Shown piece after piece: positions 10,890 to 20,701 of a stretch of DNA of 64,000 bases. Location: assembly GCA_044229975.1 (NCBI GenBank), contig JBGARZ010000001.1:1071482-1135481 (forward strand), read 5' to 3'. Source of the DNA: Polyangiales bacterium (GTDB taxonomy: Bacteria; Myxococcota_A; Polyangia; Polyangiales; Ga0077539). The notes under the pieces were generated by a model. The model had not been told where the DNA came from. It ran no database searches and saw only the letters and a list, made by a program, of their open reading frames with translations. Each line of letters opens with the position of its first letter. Within the stretch, counting starts at the first letter, position 1. The position numbers and the translations under genes were made by a program.

Positions 10890-11579
10890 CTACTCGATCT
10901 CGATGGTCACGCTCCGCACGATCTCCGTGCGCAGCGAGGACCCCGCCGCGAACTCCCGCAACGACGTCGTCGTCGACCGCCGGAGTCGCACGGCCTGCGC
11001 GCCCGTCGCCGCCCCGAAGGCGCCCGGCGGGAGGTCGACCGCGCCGTTATCCGGGACGGTTCGCGTCGGCTCGGGCGACACGATCGTCGCGTCCGCTCCG
11101 CCCGCAGGTGACCACCGGACATCGATGTCGGCGCCGCGCGCGATGCGCTGGCCGCGGGTCGGCTGGACGATGGCGTGCGCCGCCAGCGCCGCGAGGGGCA
11201 CGGTGCGGGTGACGCCGTCGGCGCGCACGAGCAGCGCGAGGGTGCTCCGGTAATCGTCGAAGGTGGCGGTGTAGCGACCGCCGCCCGCCGCCGTGACCAC
11301 CACATCGCGCTCTCCGCCGGTGATCGACACCTCCGCCGTCGCGGGCGCGCCGTCGGCCGTCAGCGTCGCGCTCACCGTCAGCATGAGCTCCGCCCGCGCG
11401 GCGTCCCGATCGGTGACCATGACCACCACCTGGAGCGAGAGCTCCGCTCGCGCGGCCTCGTCGCGCGGCCCATCCGTCGCGGCGTCGGTGGTCGGCTCGC
11501 GGGCGACGATCGCGTCACGCACGCAGCCCGGCGCGGCCACCAGCACGAGCCCGAGCACCGCCCTCGCGCCGCGGCTCAA
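10890..11579 (-). CDS. Hypothetical lipoprotein
   Basis: Lipobox AAPGC; start overlaps the stop of the upstream anti-sigma gene. Confidence 0.6.
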   Translation of the reverse strand: MSRGARAVLGLVLVAAPGCVRDAIVAREPTTDAATDGPRDEAARAELSLQVVVMVTDRDAARAELMLTVSATLTADGAPATAEVSITGGERDVVVTAAGGGRYTATFDDYRSTLALLVRADGVTRTVPLAALAAHAIVQPTRGQRIARGADIDVRWSPAGGADATIVSPEPTRTVPDNGAVDLPPGAFGAATGAQAVRLRRSTTTSLREFAAGSSLRTEIVRSVTIEIE

Positions 11580-12262
11580 GGACCTTCCCCCCGCTGCGCG
11601 CGCACCTGGGCGGAGTAGATCCCGTGCGGGTGTCGCGCGAGGAACCGATCGGCCTCACGGGTCACCACCGCGGGCGAGGCGCCCAGGGTGCTGGCGCGAA
11701 ACGTCAGGTAGTCGCGCTCCTCCGCGAGGGCCGACTGCGGGAAGCGTCGCGCGTGGTCGTGGAGCGTCGTCGCCGCGAGCGCCGCGTCGCCGCTGGCCAG
11801 CGCGGCGCGAGCGCGTTCGAGCGGCGCCGACTCCGCGGCCGGATCGACCGACGCGTGCTCGTGGACGGAGGCGTCGTGGTGCGCCGCGTGGTGCGCCGCG
11901 GTCGCGACGGGCGCCGCGATGGCGGCCGAGGGGACGACCGCAGGCGCGGCGGTCGTCGCGGTGGGCACCGGCCCGACGCGGGCGACGGGCGTCCGGTGCG
12001 TCGGCGGTCGACGCGATCGCACGACGGCGACGGAGGTGCCCGCGACCACGGCCAGCGCCGCGAGGAACTTCACCACCGTCGCCGCCTTCCACGCCGTGAC
12101 GCCCGCCGCCTTCGTGAGGGCCACGCGGGTGAGCGCCGAGGCCGACGCCGCGCGCACCGCCTCGGGCAGCGGGGGCGGCGCGCCGCGCGCCTGCTGGAGC
12201 AACGCGCGGACGTGGTCCGGGGCGCCGCCGCCGGGGTCACGCCATCGGGCCGGGTCTTTCAT
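11576..12262 (-). CDS. Putative anti-sigma factor (single TM, Pro/Ala linker, C-terminal TPR-like helices)
   Basis: MKDPARWRD start overlaps the sigma-factor stop; TM VVKFLAALAVVAG; ARRFPQSALAEER and FLARHPHGIY motifs. Confidence 0.7.
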   Translation of the reverse strand: MKDPARWRDPGGGAPDHVRALLQQARGAPPPLPEAVRAASASALTRVALTKAAGVTAWKAATVVKFLAALAVVAGTSVAVVRSRRPPTHRTPVARVGPVPTATTAAPAVVPSAAIAAPVATAAHHAAHHDASVHEHASVDPAAESAPLERARAALASGDAALAATTLHDHARRFPQSALAEERDYLTFRASTLGASPAVVTREADRFLARHPHGIYSAQVRAQRGEGP

Positions 12263-12810
12263 CGGCTGCCTCCCTTCGTCGGATGTTGGAGCGCGGCGAG
12301 GCCCTCGGCGAAGGCCGCCCGCGCCGCGTGCAGGCGAGAATAGACCGTCCCCACGGGGACGCCGATCATCGTCGCGATCTCGGGGCAGGTCATCTCCTCC
12401 AGCTCGAACATCACGAACACCGCCCGCTTGTCGGCGTCCAGCGCGTCGAGGGCGCGGTTCACGAGGGCGCGGGCCTGCGCGGCCGCGGCAGCGTCCTCGG
12501 GCGATCGCCCGCCGCCGACGGGCGCCTCGGGGACCGTCTCGACGGCCTCTTCGGGGTGCCGTCGTCGGTGCCGGCGCCACGTCGACACCACGCGCAGGCA
12601 GATGCCGTAGAGCCACGTCGTCAGGAGGCTGGAGCCGTCGAAGGAGTCGAGCCGACGGTGCACCACCAGGAAGACCTCCTGGAGCAGGTCGGGGCGGTCG
12701 TCGTCGGGCACCCCCATGCGGTGCAGCGTCGACCACACGAAGCCGGCCTGTGCAGCGTGGATCGCCTCCACGTCGAGCGGCGCGTGGGCGCGGTCGGGCG
12801 CGTCGCTCAT
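12259..12810 (-). CDS. ECF RNA polymerase sigma factor
   Basis: Region 2 DLLQEVFLVVHRRLDSFDG...TWLYGI; region 4 EIATMIGVPVGTVYSRLHAAR. Confidence 0.92.
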   Translation of the reverse strand: MSDAPDRAHAPLDVEAIHAAQAGFVWSTLHRMGVPDDDRPDLLQEVFLVVHRRLDSFDGSSLLTTWLYGICLRVVSTWRRHRRRHPEEAVETVPEAPVGGGRSPEDAAAAAQARALVNRALDALDADKRAVFVMFELEEMTCPEIATMIGVPVGTVYSRLHAARAAFAEGLAALQHPTKGGSR

Positions 12811-12907
12811 GTCGCGGCGCGGACCGAGCGCGCGCGCGCCGAGGACGTTGGGAGGGAGTGCGAGCCACGCCATGACGGGCGGTGGATGACCGCGCGCGAA
12901 GGATCCT

Positions 12908-13957
12908 TCACCGCAACCGCACGCCCAGCGTCAGATCGCCTTCGAAGGCCAGCGGGGTCGGCTCGAACGAGGGCTCCCGGCGCCCCTCGATGCGCGCGGC
13001 CCAGCCGAGCACCGGGACCACGCCCCGCGCCTGGAGGCCGAGCGCCAGGTAGCGCCCGAGCGCGATGTGCACGTGCCCGTCGAACCACAGCCCCGCCCAG
13101 AAGCGATCACCCGGGTCGACCGGCTGGAGCGAGAGCGCCGCCAGGTGCACCGCGCCCCCCATCGCGCCTGCGCAGAGCCCCATCCTCCACGGACCGGGCG
13201 ACCAGTCGTGGCAGGCGCCCACGCGCGCGAAGGTGCGCCCGACGCCGACGACGCCGTCGTCGGTGCGGTGGGACGGGACGAGCAGCGCGCCCACCTGCAC
13301 GCCCCAGCGACGCGAGAGCGCGACGTCCAGCGAGAGCCCCACGGCCACCGACGGCGACGGGTCGAGGCCGTACGAGCTGCCACCCGAGACCCGCAGCCAC
13401 AGCGGCAGGACGGGCGGCGCGGGCGGCAGGCGCGGCGGCGGCGGGCTCGCGGGCGGCGGGGTCGGCGCGGGACATGCCGCGCAGGCCGGGCACTCGACGA
13501 CCGGGCACACGGGCGCCGGGGTCGCGGGCGGGGGCACAGGCGGAGGTGGCGGTCGCAGCGCCGCGTCGGGGTCGATGAGCAGCACCACCGCGAGCGCGAC
13601 GGCGTCGGCCAGGCCCTCGCAGGTCGGGCCCGGCTGCGCGATGGTCCGTACCGCGTCGCGCTCGCCGGTCTCGCGCAGCACGAGGCGCGCGGTGCGACGG
13701 GCCCGACCGCCTGCGTCGAAGCGGACGACGATGCGTCGCGAGGACGCCTCGTCGAAGCCCTCGCGCCCGAGGCGCCGCCGCACCTCCGCCGTCAGCGCCC
13801 CGGAGTCGGGGCAGTCGTCGGGGCCGCCGTCGAGCACCCGCAGCGACGCGGTTCGCGGGACCTGGGCAACGGCGTCGCGGGCGAACACGGCGAGGGCGAC
13901 CGTCACGGCGAGGGTGAGACGAAAGACCCCGGCGGCGCGATCGATCCCCTGCTGCAT
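12908..13957 (-). CDS. Exported protein with an N-terminal Cys-containing domain, Pro-rich linker and C-terminal beta-barrel-like domain
   Basis: Signal peptide; CPD...CEGLADAVALAVVLLIDP; poly-Pro linker; alternating beta strands ending DLTLGVRLR. Confidence 0.65.
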   Translation of the reverse strand: MQQGIDRAAGVFRLTLAVTVALAVFARDAVAQVPRTASLRVLDGGPDDCPDSGALTAEVRRRLGREGFDEASSRRIVVRFDAGGRARRTARLVLRETGERDAVRTIAQPGPTCEGLADAVALAVVLLIDPDAALRPPPPPVPPPATPAPVCPVVECPACAACPAPTPPPASPPPPRLPPAPPVLPLWLRVSGGSSYGLDPSPSVAVGLSLDVALSRRWGVQVGALLVPSHRTDDGVVGVGRTFARVGACHDWSPGPWRMGLCAGAMGGAVHLAALSLQPVDPGDRFWAGLWFDGHVHIALGRYLALGLQARGVVPVLGWAARIEGRREPSFEPTPLAFEGDLTLGVRLR

Positions 13958-14147
13958 GGAGGCCGCGCACCATACCCAGGCGCCGCGCGATGTCCACGCC
14001 GGGCGAGCGGACCGCGACGGTTGGCGCGTCGATCAGCCGACGGTCGATTGTCCCGATGGGTCGACCGACGGTCGGCCATGGAGCGATCACAGACCCGACG
14101 GAGCGGCACGACGCGCCCTCCCGACACCATCGGAGACGAAGCCCACG

Positions 14148-14471
14148 ATGCGATCAACCCTCCTGCTCCTCGGCGCCCTCCTCGCAGGATGCGGCGGCGG
14201 GTCCGGCTCGACCTGCCCGACGACCAGCACCCTCACGTACGACAACTTCGGTCGGCAGTTTTTCGCCAGCTACTGCGACCGCTGCCACGCGGCCGGCGAG
14301 CGACCGTCACTCTCCACGCTCGCGGAGATCCGCGCCCAGTCCACGGCCATCGACGTCGAGTCCGCCGCGGGGCCCAACGCCGTCAACACCGCGATGCCCG
14401 AGAGCGGCACGGCGCCCACCGAGGCCGAGCGCCGCCAACTCGGCGAGTGGCTCGCCTGCGGCGCGCGGTAG
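14148..14471 (+). CDS. Small monoheme cytochrome c-like lipoprotein
   Basis: Lipobox LLAGC; YCDRCH; AMP distal Met; LGEWLACGA. Confidence 0.75.
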   Translation: MRSTLLLLGALLAGCGGGSGSTCPTTSTLTYDNFGRQFFASYCDRCHAAGERPSLSTLAEIRAQSTAIDVESAAGPNAVNTAMPESGTAPTEAERRQLGEWLACGAR

Positions 14472-14589
14472 CGTCGTCCCCTGCGCGCGGGCTTGAAGTC
14501 ACGGACGCCACGCGACGAGTCGGCAAAGCTCTCAACCGACGACGCACCGCGTTGACACGCCTCCTCCAACTGTCTCAGCGTGGCGGTCC

Positions 14590-17500
14590 GTGCGTCATCC
14601 GAGCATCGCCTCCGACCCGTCGACCCTCGCGGCCTCCTACGACGTCGTGATCATCGGCTCGGGCTACGGCGGCGCCGTCGCGGCCTCGCGCTTCGCCCGC
14701 ACCGGCCGCTCGGTCTGCGTTCTCGAGCGTGGCCGCGAGCACCTCCCCGGCGACTTCCCCCGCACCGTCGCCGACGCGAGCTTCGGCACGCACGTCGATG
14801 CCCGCAGCGCCTCCCTCGGCCGACGCGACAGCCTCTACCAGCTCCACGTCGGCGAGGGGCTCACCGTCGCCTGGAGCTGCGGCCTCGGCGGCGGATCGCT
14901 CATCAACAGCGGCGTCGTCGCGCGCCCCGACGACGACGTGTTGCGCGACCCGCTCTGGCCCGAGGCGCTGCGCCGCGACGACGACGGCAGCTTCGCGCGC
15001 GCCTACGAGCGAGCGTGGTCGATGCTCCGACCGGCGACGTACCCCGAGGGCGGCGTCGTTCCGCGCAAGCTCGCGGCGCTGGAGGAGGCTGCGTCGCGCG
15101 TCGGAGGCGAGGCGCGTCGGCTGCCCGTGTGCGTGTCGTACGAGGCCGGGGTCAACCACGTCGGCGTCGAGGTCGCGGCCTGCACCGGATGCGGCGACTG
15201 CAACTCGGGCTGCAACCATGGCGCGAAGAGCACCCTCGGCGTCACCTACCTCACCGACGCCGTCGCCCACGGCGCGCGTTGTTTCACGTCCGCAGAAGTC
15301 GATCACGTCGAGCGCGCGGGCGACACCTGGCTCGTCGCGTGCCGCCTCGACGGACTCGGTCGCGAGCGCTTCGACGCGCCGTGGGTGACCCTGCGCGCGA
15401 AGGTCGTCGTCGTCGCGGCGGGTGTCCTCGGCACCAGCGCCGTGCTCTTGCGATCACGCGACCGCGGGCTCTCCCTGTCGGCGCGCGTGGGCCAGCGCGT
15501 GAGCGCCAACGGCAACGTGCTCGGCTTCGCCTACGCGACCCCCGAAGCGCGCGGCGCCCAGGGACTCGGCGAGCGCACCGACGCGACGCCCGTGGGCCCG
15601 GGCATCACGGCGATGCTGGCACTACCCGCGACGGAGACGAGCGAGCGCGTGGTCATCGAGGACGGATCGCACCCCGGGTGGGCCTCTCCAGCGATGGCCG
15701 GACTGCTCCTCGCGGGCGCCTTCTCCGATGCCTCGTGGCAGCAGAAGCTCTCCCGCGCACGGAGCCCATCACGCGCGCTCGCCGGGACGCTCAACCTCCT
15801 CGCGATGACCCACGACGCCGCCGAGGGGACGATCACCCTCGACGACAGCGCACCGCGTCTCTCGTGGAAGGGCGAGGCCCACGCGGGGATGAGTCCGTCG
15901 GTCACCCGGCGGCTCGGTGAGGTCGCGGCCTCGCTCGGCGGTCAGCTCGTGGTGCAGCCCGGCGCCATGACCGCGCAGGCGCTCGGGGGATGTGTCGCCG
16001 CCGACCGCGCGGAGGACGGCGTGGTCGATGACGCCGGGCGAGTCTTCTCGTCGGTGGCAGGCACTGACGTCCACGCAGGGCTCTACGTCACCGACGGGTC
16101 TGCCATCCCGCGCTCACTCGGCATCAACCCGTTGTGGACCATCAGCGCCTTCGCCGAGCGCGCGGTCGAGCGCGCCATCCGCGAGCAGGGCTGGGACCAC
16201 GCCGCCGCGCCCCCTCCCCCGCCCCCGGTGCGACCGCAGCCCGAAGCGCTGCGCTTCACCGAGCGCATGAGCGGCGAGATCGACCTCCTCGACGGAGACC
16301 AGACGACGCTCTCGTTCACCATCACCGTCAGCGTGGACGCCGTCGACGCCCTCGCCCGCGACCCCGGCCGCGCCGTCGGCTTCGTCGGGACGGCGCTGGT
16401 GCCTGCGCTCTCCCCTCGCCCCTTTGCCGTGACCGAAGGGCGCTTCGTGTTCTTCGAGCGCGTCGCCTCGCGCGCGGAGGCGCGGCGCATGACCTACGCG
16501 TGCGGGCTCACGAGCCACGACGGTCGGCGGTACTTCCTGCGCGGCGAGAAGGACGTGCACGACGACGGCGGCGGACCGCTGGAGTTCTGGCGCGACACGA
16601 CGAAGCTCGCGGTGGTGCTGCACGACGGCGTCGACGCGTCGGCGCCCGAGCTCGGGCGCGGCACCCTGCACCTCTCGGCCACGGACTTCGCGCGACAGCT
16701 CGCGACCGTGCGCGGAACGCTCCCGGCCGCCGCCGCGCTCACCCGCTTCTTCCTCGGTTCGTTGCGCGAGGTGTACGGGTCCTTCGCCCGCGGCGACCGC
16801 GCCGTCGACCGGGCCACCCGCGACGCCCCTGTGCGCGCCCTGCGGGCCCCCGCCCCCGAACGCCATTTCTACCGCACCGACGACGGCGTCTCGCTGCCGC
16901 TCAAGCGCTACCGCGGCGGATCGCGCGGCCCGGTGGTGCTCGTGCACGGCTACTCCGCGACGCACGCGACCTTCGAGCTCGACACCGTCGACGAGAGCCT
17001 CGTCGAACACCTGTGCGCCCGCGGCTGGGACGTCTGGCTCCACTCCTGGCGCTCCAACGGCTTCGTCGCCCCGCGGGTGCGGGCGCCGTTCACCCTCGAC
17101 GACGTCGCGGCCCTCGACCACCCCGCCGCCCTTCGGCGCGTGTGCGAGCTCGCGGGCTCACCCGACGCCCACGTCGTCGCCCACTGCCTCGGCGCGCAGA
17201 CGGTGTTCATGTCGCTGCTGCGGCACGGGTTGCGGTCGCGCGTCCGCTCGCTCGCGTGCCTCCAGGTGGCCGCGCACTGGGAGGCGCCGACGCTGCTCGG
17301 CGTGAAGGTCCACTCGCGCATCCCCGACGTGCTCGATGCGCTCGGCGTGGGCCTCGTCCCCACCGGCGCCCTGCGCGAAGACGGGGCCCTCCTGCGGGCG
17401 CTCGACGCGGCGCTGCACGCCCACCCGCGCAGCGAACGTCAACGCTGTAGCAACCCCACGTGCCGGCGCGCAGCGGCCATGTTCGGCGAGCTCATCCGCC

Positions 17501-17877
17501 ACGAGAACGTCAACGCCGCGACGCACGACCGCATGGCCGCGCACCTCGGCGACGCCCCGGTGCGGCCGTTCATCCAGATGGCGGCCATCGCGCGGCGTGG
17601 CGAGCTCGTCGACGTCCGCGGGCGGTCGTACCTCAGCGACCTCCGATCGCTGGAGATGCCGATCACCTTCGTCCACAGCGAGCTCAACGAGGTGGTCGGC
17701 CAGGGCGCGACGGCCCGCTCGTGGCAGCTCCTGCGCGAGACCTTCGGCGACCGCCACTACCGCCGCGTGGTGATCCCCGGCTACGGGCACAACGACGCGC
17801 TCATCGGCCGCGACTCGGCCCGCGATGTATTTCCCCATCTCGCCACCCACCTCGAACGCGCGGAGGCGCAACCGTGA
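14590..17877 (+). CDS. GMC oxidoreductase (cholesterol oxidase-like) fused to a C-terminal alpha/beta hydrolase
   Basis: DVVIIGSGYGG, GLGGGSLINSG, CTGCGDCNSGC, GLYVTDGS...GINP; hydrolase VLVHG, AHCLG, YGHND. Confidence 0.88.
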   Translation: MRHPSIASDPSTLAASYDVVIIGSGYGGAVAASRFARTGRSVCVLERGREHLPGDFPRTVADASFGTHVDARSASLGRRDSLYQLHVGEGLTVAWSCGLGGGSLINSGVVARPDDDVLRDPLWPEALRRDDDGSFARAYERAWSMLRPATYPEGGVVPRKLAALEEAASRVGGEARRLPVCVSYEAGVNHVGVEVAACTGCGDCNSGCNHGAKSTLGVTYLTDAVAHGARCFTSAEVDHVERAGDTWLVACRLDGLGRERFDAPWVTLRAKVVVVAAGVLGTSAVLLRSRDRGLSLSARVGQRVSANGNVLGFAYATPEARGAQGLGERTDATPVGPGITAMLALPATETSERVVIEDGSHPGWASPAMAGLLLAGAFSDASWQQKLSRARSPSRALAGTLNLLAMTHDAAEGTITLDDSAPRLSWKGEAHAGMSPSVTRRLGEVAASLGGQLVVQPGAMTAQALGGCVAADRAEDGVVDDAGRVFSSVAGTDVHAGLYVTDGSAIPRSLGINPLWTISAFAERAVERAIREQGWDHAAAPPPPPPVRPQPEALRFTERMSGEIDLLDGDQTTLSFTITVSVDAVDALARDPGRAVGFVGTALVPALSPRPFAVTEGRFVFFERVASRAEARRMTYACGLTSHDGRRYFLRGEKDVHDDGGGPLEFWRDTTKLAVVLHDGVDASAPELGRGTLHLSATDFARQLATVRGTLPAAAALTRFFLGSLREVYGSFARGDRAVDRATRDAPVRALRAPAPERHFYRTDDGVSLPLKRYRGGSRGPVVLVHGYSATHATFELDTVDESLVEHLCARGWDVWLHSWRSNGFVAPRVRAPFTLDDVAALDHPAALRRVCELAGSPDAHVVAHCLGAQTVFMSLLRHGLRSRVRSLACLQVAAHWEAPTLLGVKVHSRIPDVLDALGVGLVPTGALREDGALLRALDAALHAHPRSERQRCSNPTCRRAAAMFGELIRHENVNAATHDRMAAHLGDAPVRPFIQMAAIARRGELVDVRGRSYLSDLRSLEMPITFVHSELNEVVGQGATARSWQLLRETFGDRHYRRVVIPGYGHNDALIGRDSARDVFPHLATHLERAEAQP

Positions 17878-18380
17878 GCATCTGGTTCGATTGCGACTCG
17901 TGCTGGGACGGCTTCCTCGACGCCGCGCCTTGTCGGGTGGAGGCCGTCGAGCTCGTCCCAGCCGGGACGGAGGCGACCTTCGCGGCCATCGTCGAGCCCG
18001 CGCAGCGCGTCCGTTGGTCTCCGGGAATGATCGACGCGCGCTGGCTCACCCCGCCACCGTACGGAGCAGGCTCCGAGCGGCGCGTCATCCACGAGGCCCT
18101 GCGCAGCGACCAGCGGGTCGTGGCGTGGGAACCCGGGCGGCGATTTTCGTTCTACTTCACCCGCGCGGGTGCGCCGGCGGCGAGCCAGTTCATGGAAGAG
18201 TTCGTGCTCAACGAGGAGCCCTTCGGCACGCGCGTCCGGTGGCGCATCGGGTGGCGGCTGCGCCTGCCGCTGCGCGCGCTCGGCGGGCTGACCGAGCGCG
18301 CGGCGGGGCCGATGTTCCAGTCGTACCTCGGGGGGCTGCGGCGCTATCTCGATGCCGGAGCCCGCGCCGCTGGCGTCTGA
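17874..18380 (+). CDS. SRPBCC (polyketide cyclase/START-like) family protein
   Basis: GTG overlaps the upstream stop; W-L-T-P-P-P-Y-G-A-G-S-E-R and VAWEPGRRFSF pattern. Confidence 0.75.
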   Translation: MSIWFDCDSCWDGFLDAAPCRVEAVELVPAGTEATFAAIVEPAQRVRWSPGMIDARWLTPPPYGAGSERRVIHEALRSDQRVVAWEPGRRFSFYFTRAGAPAASQFMEEFVLNEEPFGTRVRWRIGWRLRLPLRALGGLTERAAGPMFQSYLGGLRRYLDAGARAAGV

Positions 18381-18460
18381 CGACGACCAACGACCACTCG
18401 GCGCGACGACCCTGACAACATGTGCGGGCCATCGTCGAAGCGCCGCCCCGCGCTAGCGCC

Positions 18461-18697
18461 TCAGCTGTTGTTGCGGTTCCAGTTGTAGCCGATCTGGACC
18501 TTGATGAGGTTGAGCGTGCCGTCCCCCACGAGGCCGTCGACGGTGTAGCCGAAGGCCTTCTGGATGTGCACCACGGCGGCGTGCGTGGCGTCGCCGAACT
18601 TCCCGTCCACGGTGAGGCCGTAGCCCATCTTGTTGAGGTTCTCCTGGAGCGCCTTCACGTCGTCGCCGGCCGAACCCTTCTTCAAAACATTGCTCAT
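18461..18697 (-). CDS. Stand-alone peptidoglycan-binding domain protein
   Basis: LKKGSAGDDVKALQENL...VDGKFGDATHAAV..IQ...VDGLVGDGT (PG_binding_1 pattern); GAGGAG upstream. Confidence 0.88.
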   Translation of the reverse strand: MSNVLKKGSAGDDVKALQENLNKMGYGLTVDGKFGDATHAAVVHIQKAFGYTVDGLVGDGTLNLIKVQIGYNWNRNNS

Positions 18698-18790
18698 TGG
18701 GTACCGTCCACTCCTCTGCCGGGTCATCCTCGGCCCGGCGCCGAAACCTCGGACGAGGCGCCGCCCCCGTCAACCACCCACAGGAGTTCC

Positions 18791-19927
18791 ATGAGCTCAT
18801 TCTCTTCGAAGATCGGCGGCCTTCGCCTGGAGCGCATGCGCGCGTCGGCGCGCTACGTCGACGGTGGCTTCCGCAACGTCCGGCCCGTCTCCCCAGGTCT
18901 CAAGAAGGGCACCGTCGGGCCCACGATGGCGGAGTATCTCTGCGGTGGACAACGGCGCACGCCGCCCGGCCCACTGCCCTCGGTCAACCCGCTCGCGCAG
19001 TGGGCGCGACCCGTCGAGACGGGCCTGCGCGCAACGTGGCTCGGGCACTCCACCGTGCTCGTCGAGATCGACGGCGCGCGCGTGCTCACCGACCCGGTGT
19101 GGGGCGAGCGCGTGTCGCCCGTGAGCTTCGCGGGGCCCAAGCGCTTTCAGCCTGTTCCCATTCCCCTCGACGCGCTGCCCGCGGTCGACGCGGTCATCGT
19201 CTCGCACGACCACTTCGACCACCTCGACCACGGCACGGTCGTCGCGCTCGCGAAGCGCGGTGTGCCCTTCTTCACCTCGCTCGGCGTCGGCGCCCACCTG
19301 GAGTCGTGGGGCATCCCCGCGTCGCAGATCACCGAGCTCGACTGGTGGGAGCGCGCCGACGTACCCGGCGCCGACCTCACCATCACGGCCGCTCCGTCGC
19401 AGCACTTCTCCGGCCGCGGCCTCGCCGACCGCAACCGAACGCTCTGGTCATCGTGGTCGGTGCGCGGCCCGAAGCACTCGTTCTTCTTCAGCGGTGATAC
19501 CGGGCTCACTCCAGAGTACGAGGACATCCGCGAGCGCCTCGGCCCTTTCGATCTGGTGATGCTGGAGGTCGGCGCATTTCACGAAGCTTGGGGTGACATC
19601 CACCTCGGTCCCGACAACGCCCTCAAGGCGCTCTCGCTCCTCGGTGGCGGCAGCTTCCTCCCTGTCCACTGGGGAACGTTCAACCTCGCCATGCACGCCT
19701 GGGACGACCCCGCCGAGACGCTCATCAAGGTCGCGCCCGCGCAGGGGGTTCACCTCGTGATGCCGAGGCTGGGCGAGGCCGTCGAGCCGTTGCGCGTCGA
19801 GACCGTCACGCCCTGGTGGCGCGGCGCTTCGGACGCGAAGGATCCGATCGTCGAAGCTCCCGCGACGGCCGAAGATGGCGCGGCGCTCGGCGCAGCGGGC
19901 GCGCCCGTGGAGTGGCCTGTCGACTGA
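18791..19927 (+). CDS. MBL-fold metallo-hydrolase (NAPE-PLD/RomA-like)
   Basis: WLGHST, LTDPVW, SHDHFDHLD, FSGDTG, PVHWGTF; AGGAG ribosome-binding site. Confidence 0.9.
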   Translation: MSSFSSKIGGLRLERMRASARYVDGGFRNVRPVSPGLKKGTVGPTMAEYLCGGQRRTPPGPLPSVNPLAQWARPVETGLRATWLGHSTVLVEIDGARVLTDPVWGERVSPVSFAGPKRFQPVPIPLDALPAVDAVIVSHDHFDHLDHGTVVALAKRGVPFFTSLGVGAHLESWGIPASQITELDWWERADVPGADLTITAAPSQHFSGRGLADRNRTLWSSWSVRGPKHSFFFSGDTGLTPEYEDIRERLGPFDLVMLEVGAFHEAWGDIHLGPDNALKALSLLGGGSFLPVHWGTFNLAMHAWDDPAETLIKVAPAQGVHLVMPRLGEAVEPLRVETVTPWWRGASDAKDPIVEAPATAEDGAALGAAGAPVEWPVD

Positions 19928-19928
19928 C

Positions 19929-20246
19929 CTACCGCTTCTTGGGTGGCGCCTTGATGTAGCGATCACATCCCGGACATCGTGCCTCGGCCGTGGCCTTCGC
20001 GTGCATCGGTCCCACGAGCCCCGCCCCCACCATGAACACGATGGGCAGCGCCACCAGCCCGGGCCCCTTGGACGCGAGCCCAATCGCGCCCGGGATCGCG
20101 ATCCAGAGCGCGATCTCCGCGATGCGCCAGCCGCGGTGTGGCCGCAGCGGGAGCACCCACTTGCGGCACACCTCACACGGCCAGTGAGCGCCCGACGGCG
20201 CGGGCAGGTCTCGCGCGTCGGCTGGCATCTTTGCGGGGTCGGTCAT
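19929..20246 (-). CDS. Small two-TM membrane protein with paired CxxC motifs
   Basis: CEVC, two hydrophobic helices, then CPGC; directly downstream of the DUF4150 gene. Confidence 0.55.
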   Translation of the reverse strand: MTDPAKMPADARDLPAPSGAHWPCEVCRKWVLPLRPHRGWRIAEIALWIAIPGAIGLASKGPGLVALPIVFMVGAGLVGPMHAKATAEARCPGCDRYIKAPPKKR

Positions 20247-20291
20247 GGCGGCGGTGTGTAGGCTCCCCCCACCCTGCTCGTCCATAGCGCC

Positions 20292-20687
20292 TCAGGGCGC
20301 CAGGATGATGACCTTCACCTGACTCGGCACGATGCGCATGCCGGGGCAGTTGGTGCTGTTCTGGATCGACACGCTCGTGAGCCGCGTCGCCGGCGCGCCG
20401 CCCATGAGGCAGGTCACCGACGGCAACACATGCCGCGCGGGCCCCATCACCATCCCCGACGCCACGCCCATCGCCACGCCGGGGTTGTCCCCGTTGGACA
20501 GCGGGATGGTGGTCAACAGGTTGTGCGCCGGTAAGCCCATCACCAGCACGTTGTACGCGGCCGGAACGCCCATCGGACCGAGGGCGATGTTGGGGTACGG
20601 AATCGGAATCGGACCCGCGGGCGTGGGCGTCAGGCACACGTCCGGGAAGCCCATGTCCACGCCCATCATCTGGCTGTTGGCAAACAT
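20292..20687 (-). CDS. PAAR-like DUF4150 spike-tip protein
   Basis: FPDVCLTPTPAGPIPIPYPN, SNGDNPG, PSQVKV; GAGGAG ribosome-binding site. Confidence 0.92.
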   Translation of the reverse strand: MFANSQMMGVDMGFPDVCLTPTPAGPIPIPYPNIALGPMGVPAAYNVLVMGLPAHNLLTTIPLSNGDNPGVAMGVASGMVMGPARHVLPSVTCLMGGAPATRLTSVSIQNSTNCPGMRIVPSQVKVIILAP

Positions 20688-20701
20688 CGCGGCTCCTCTC
20701 T

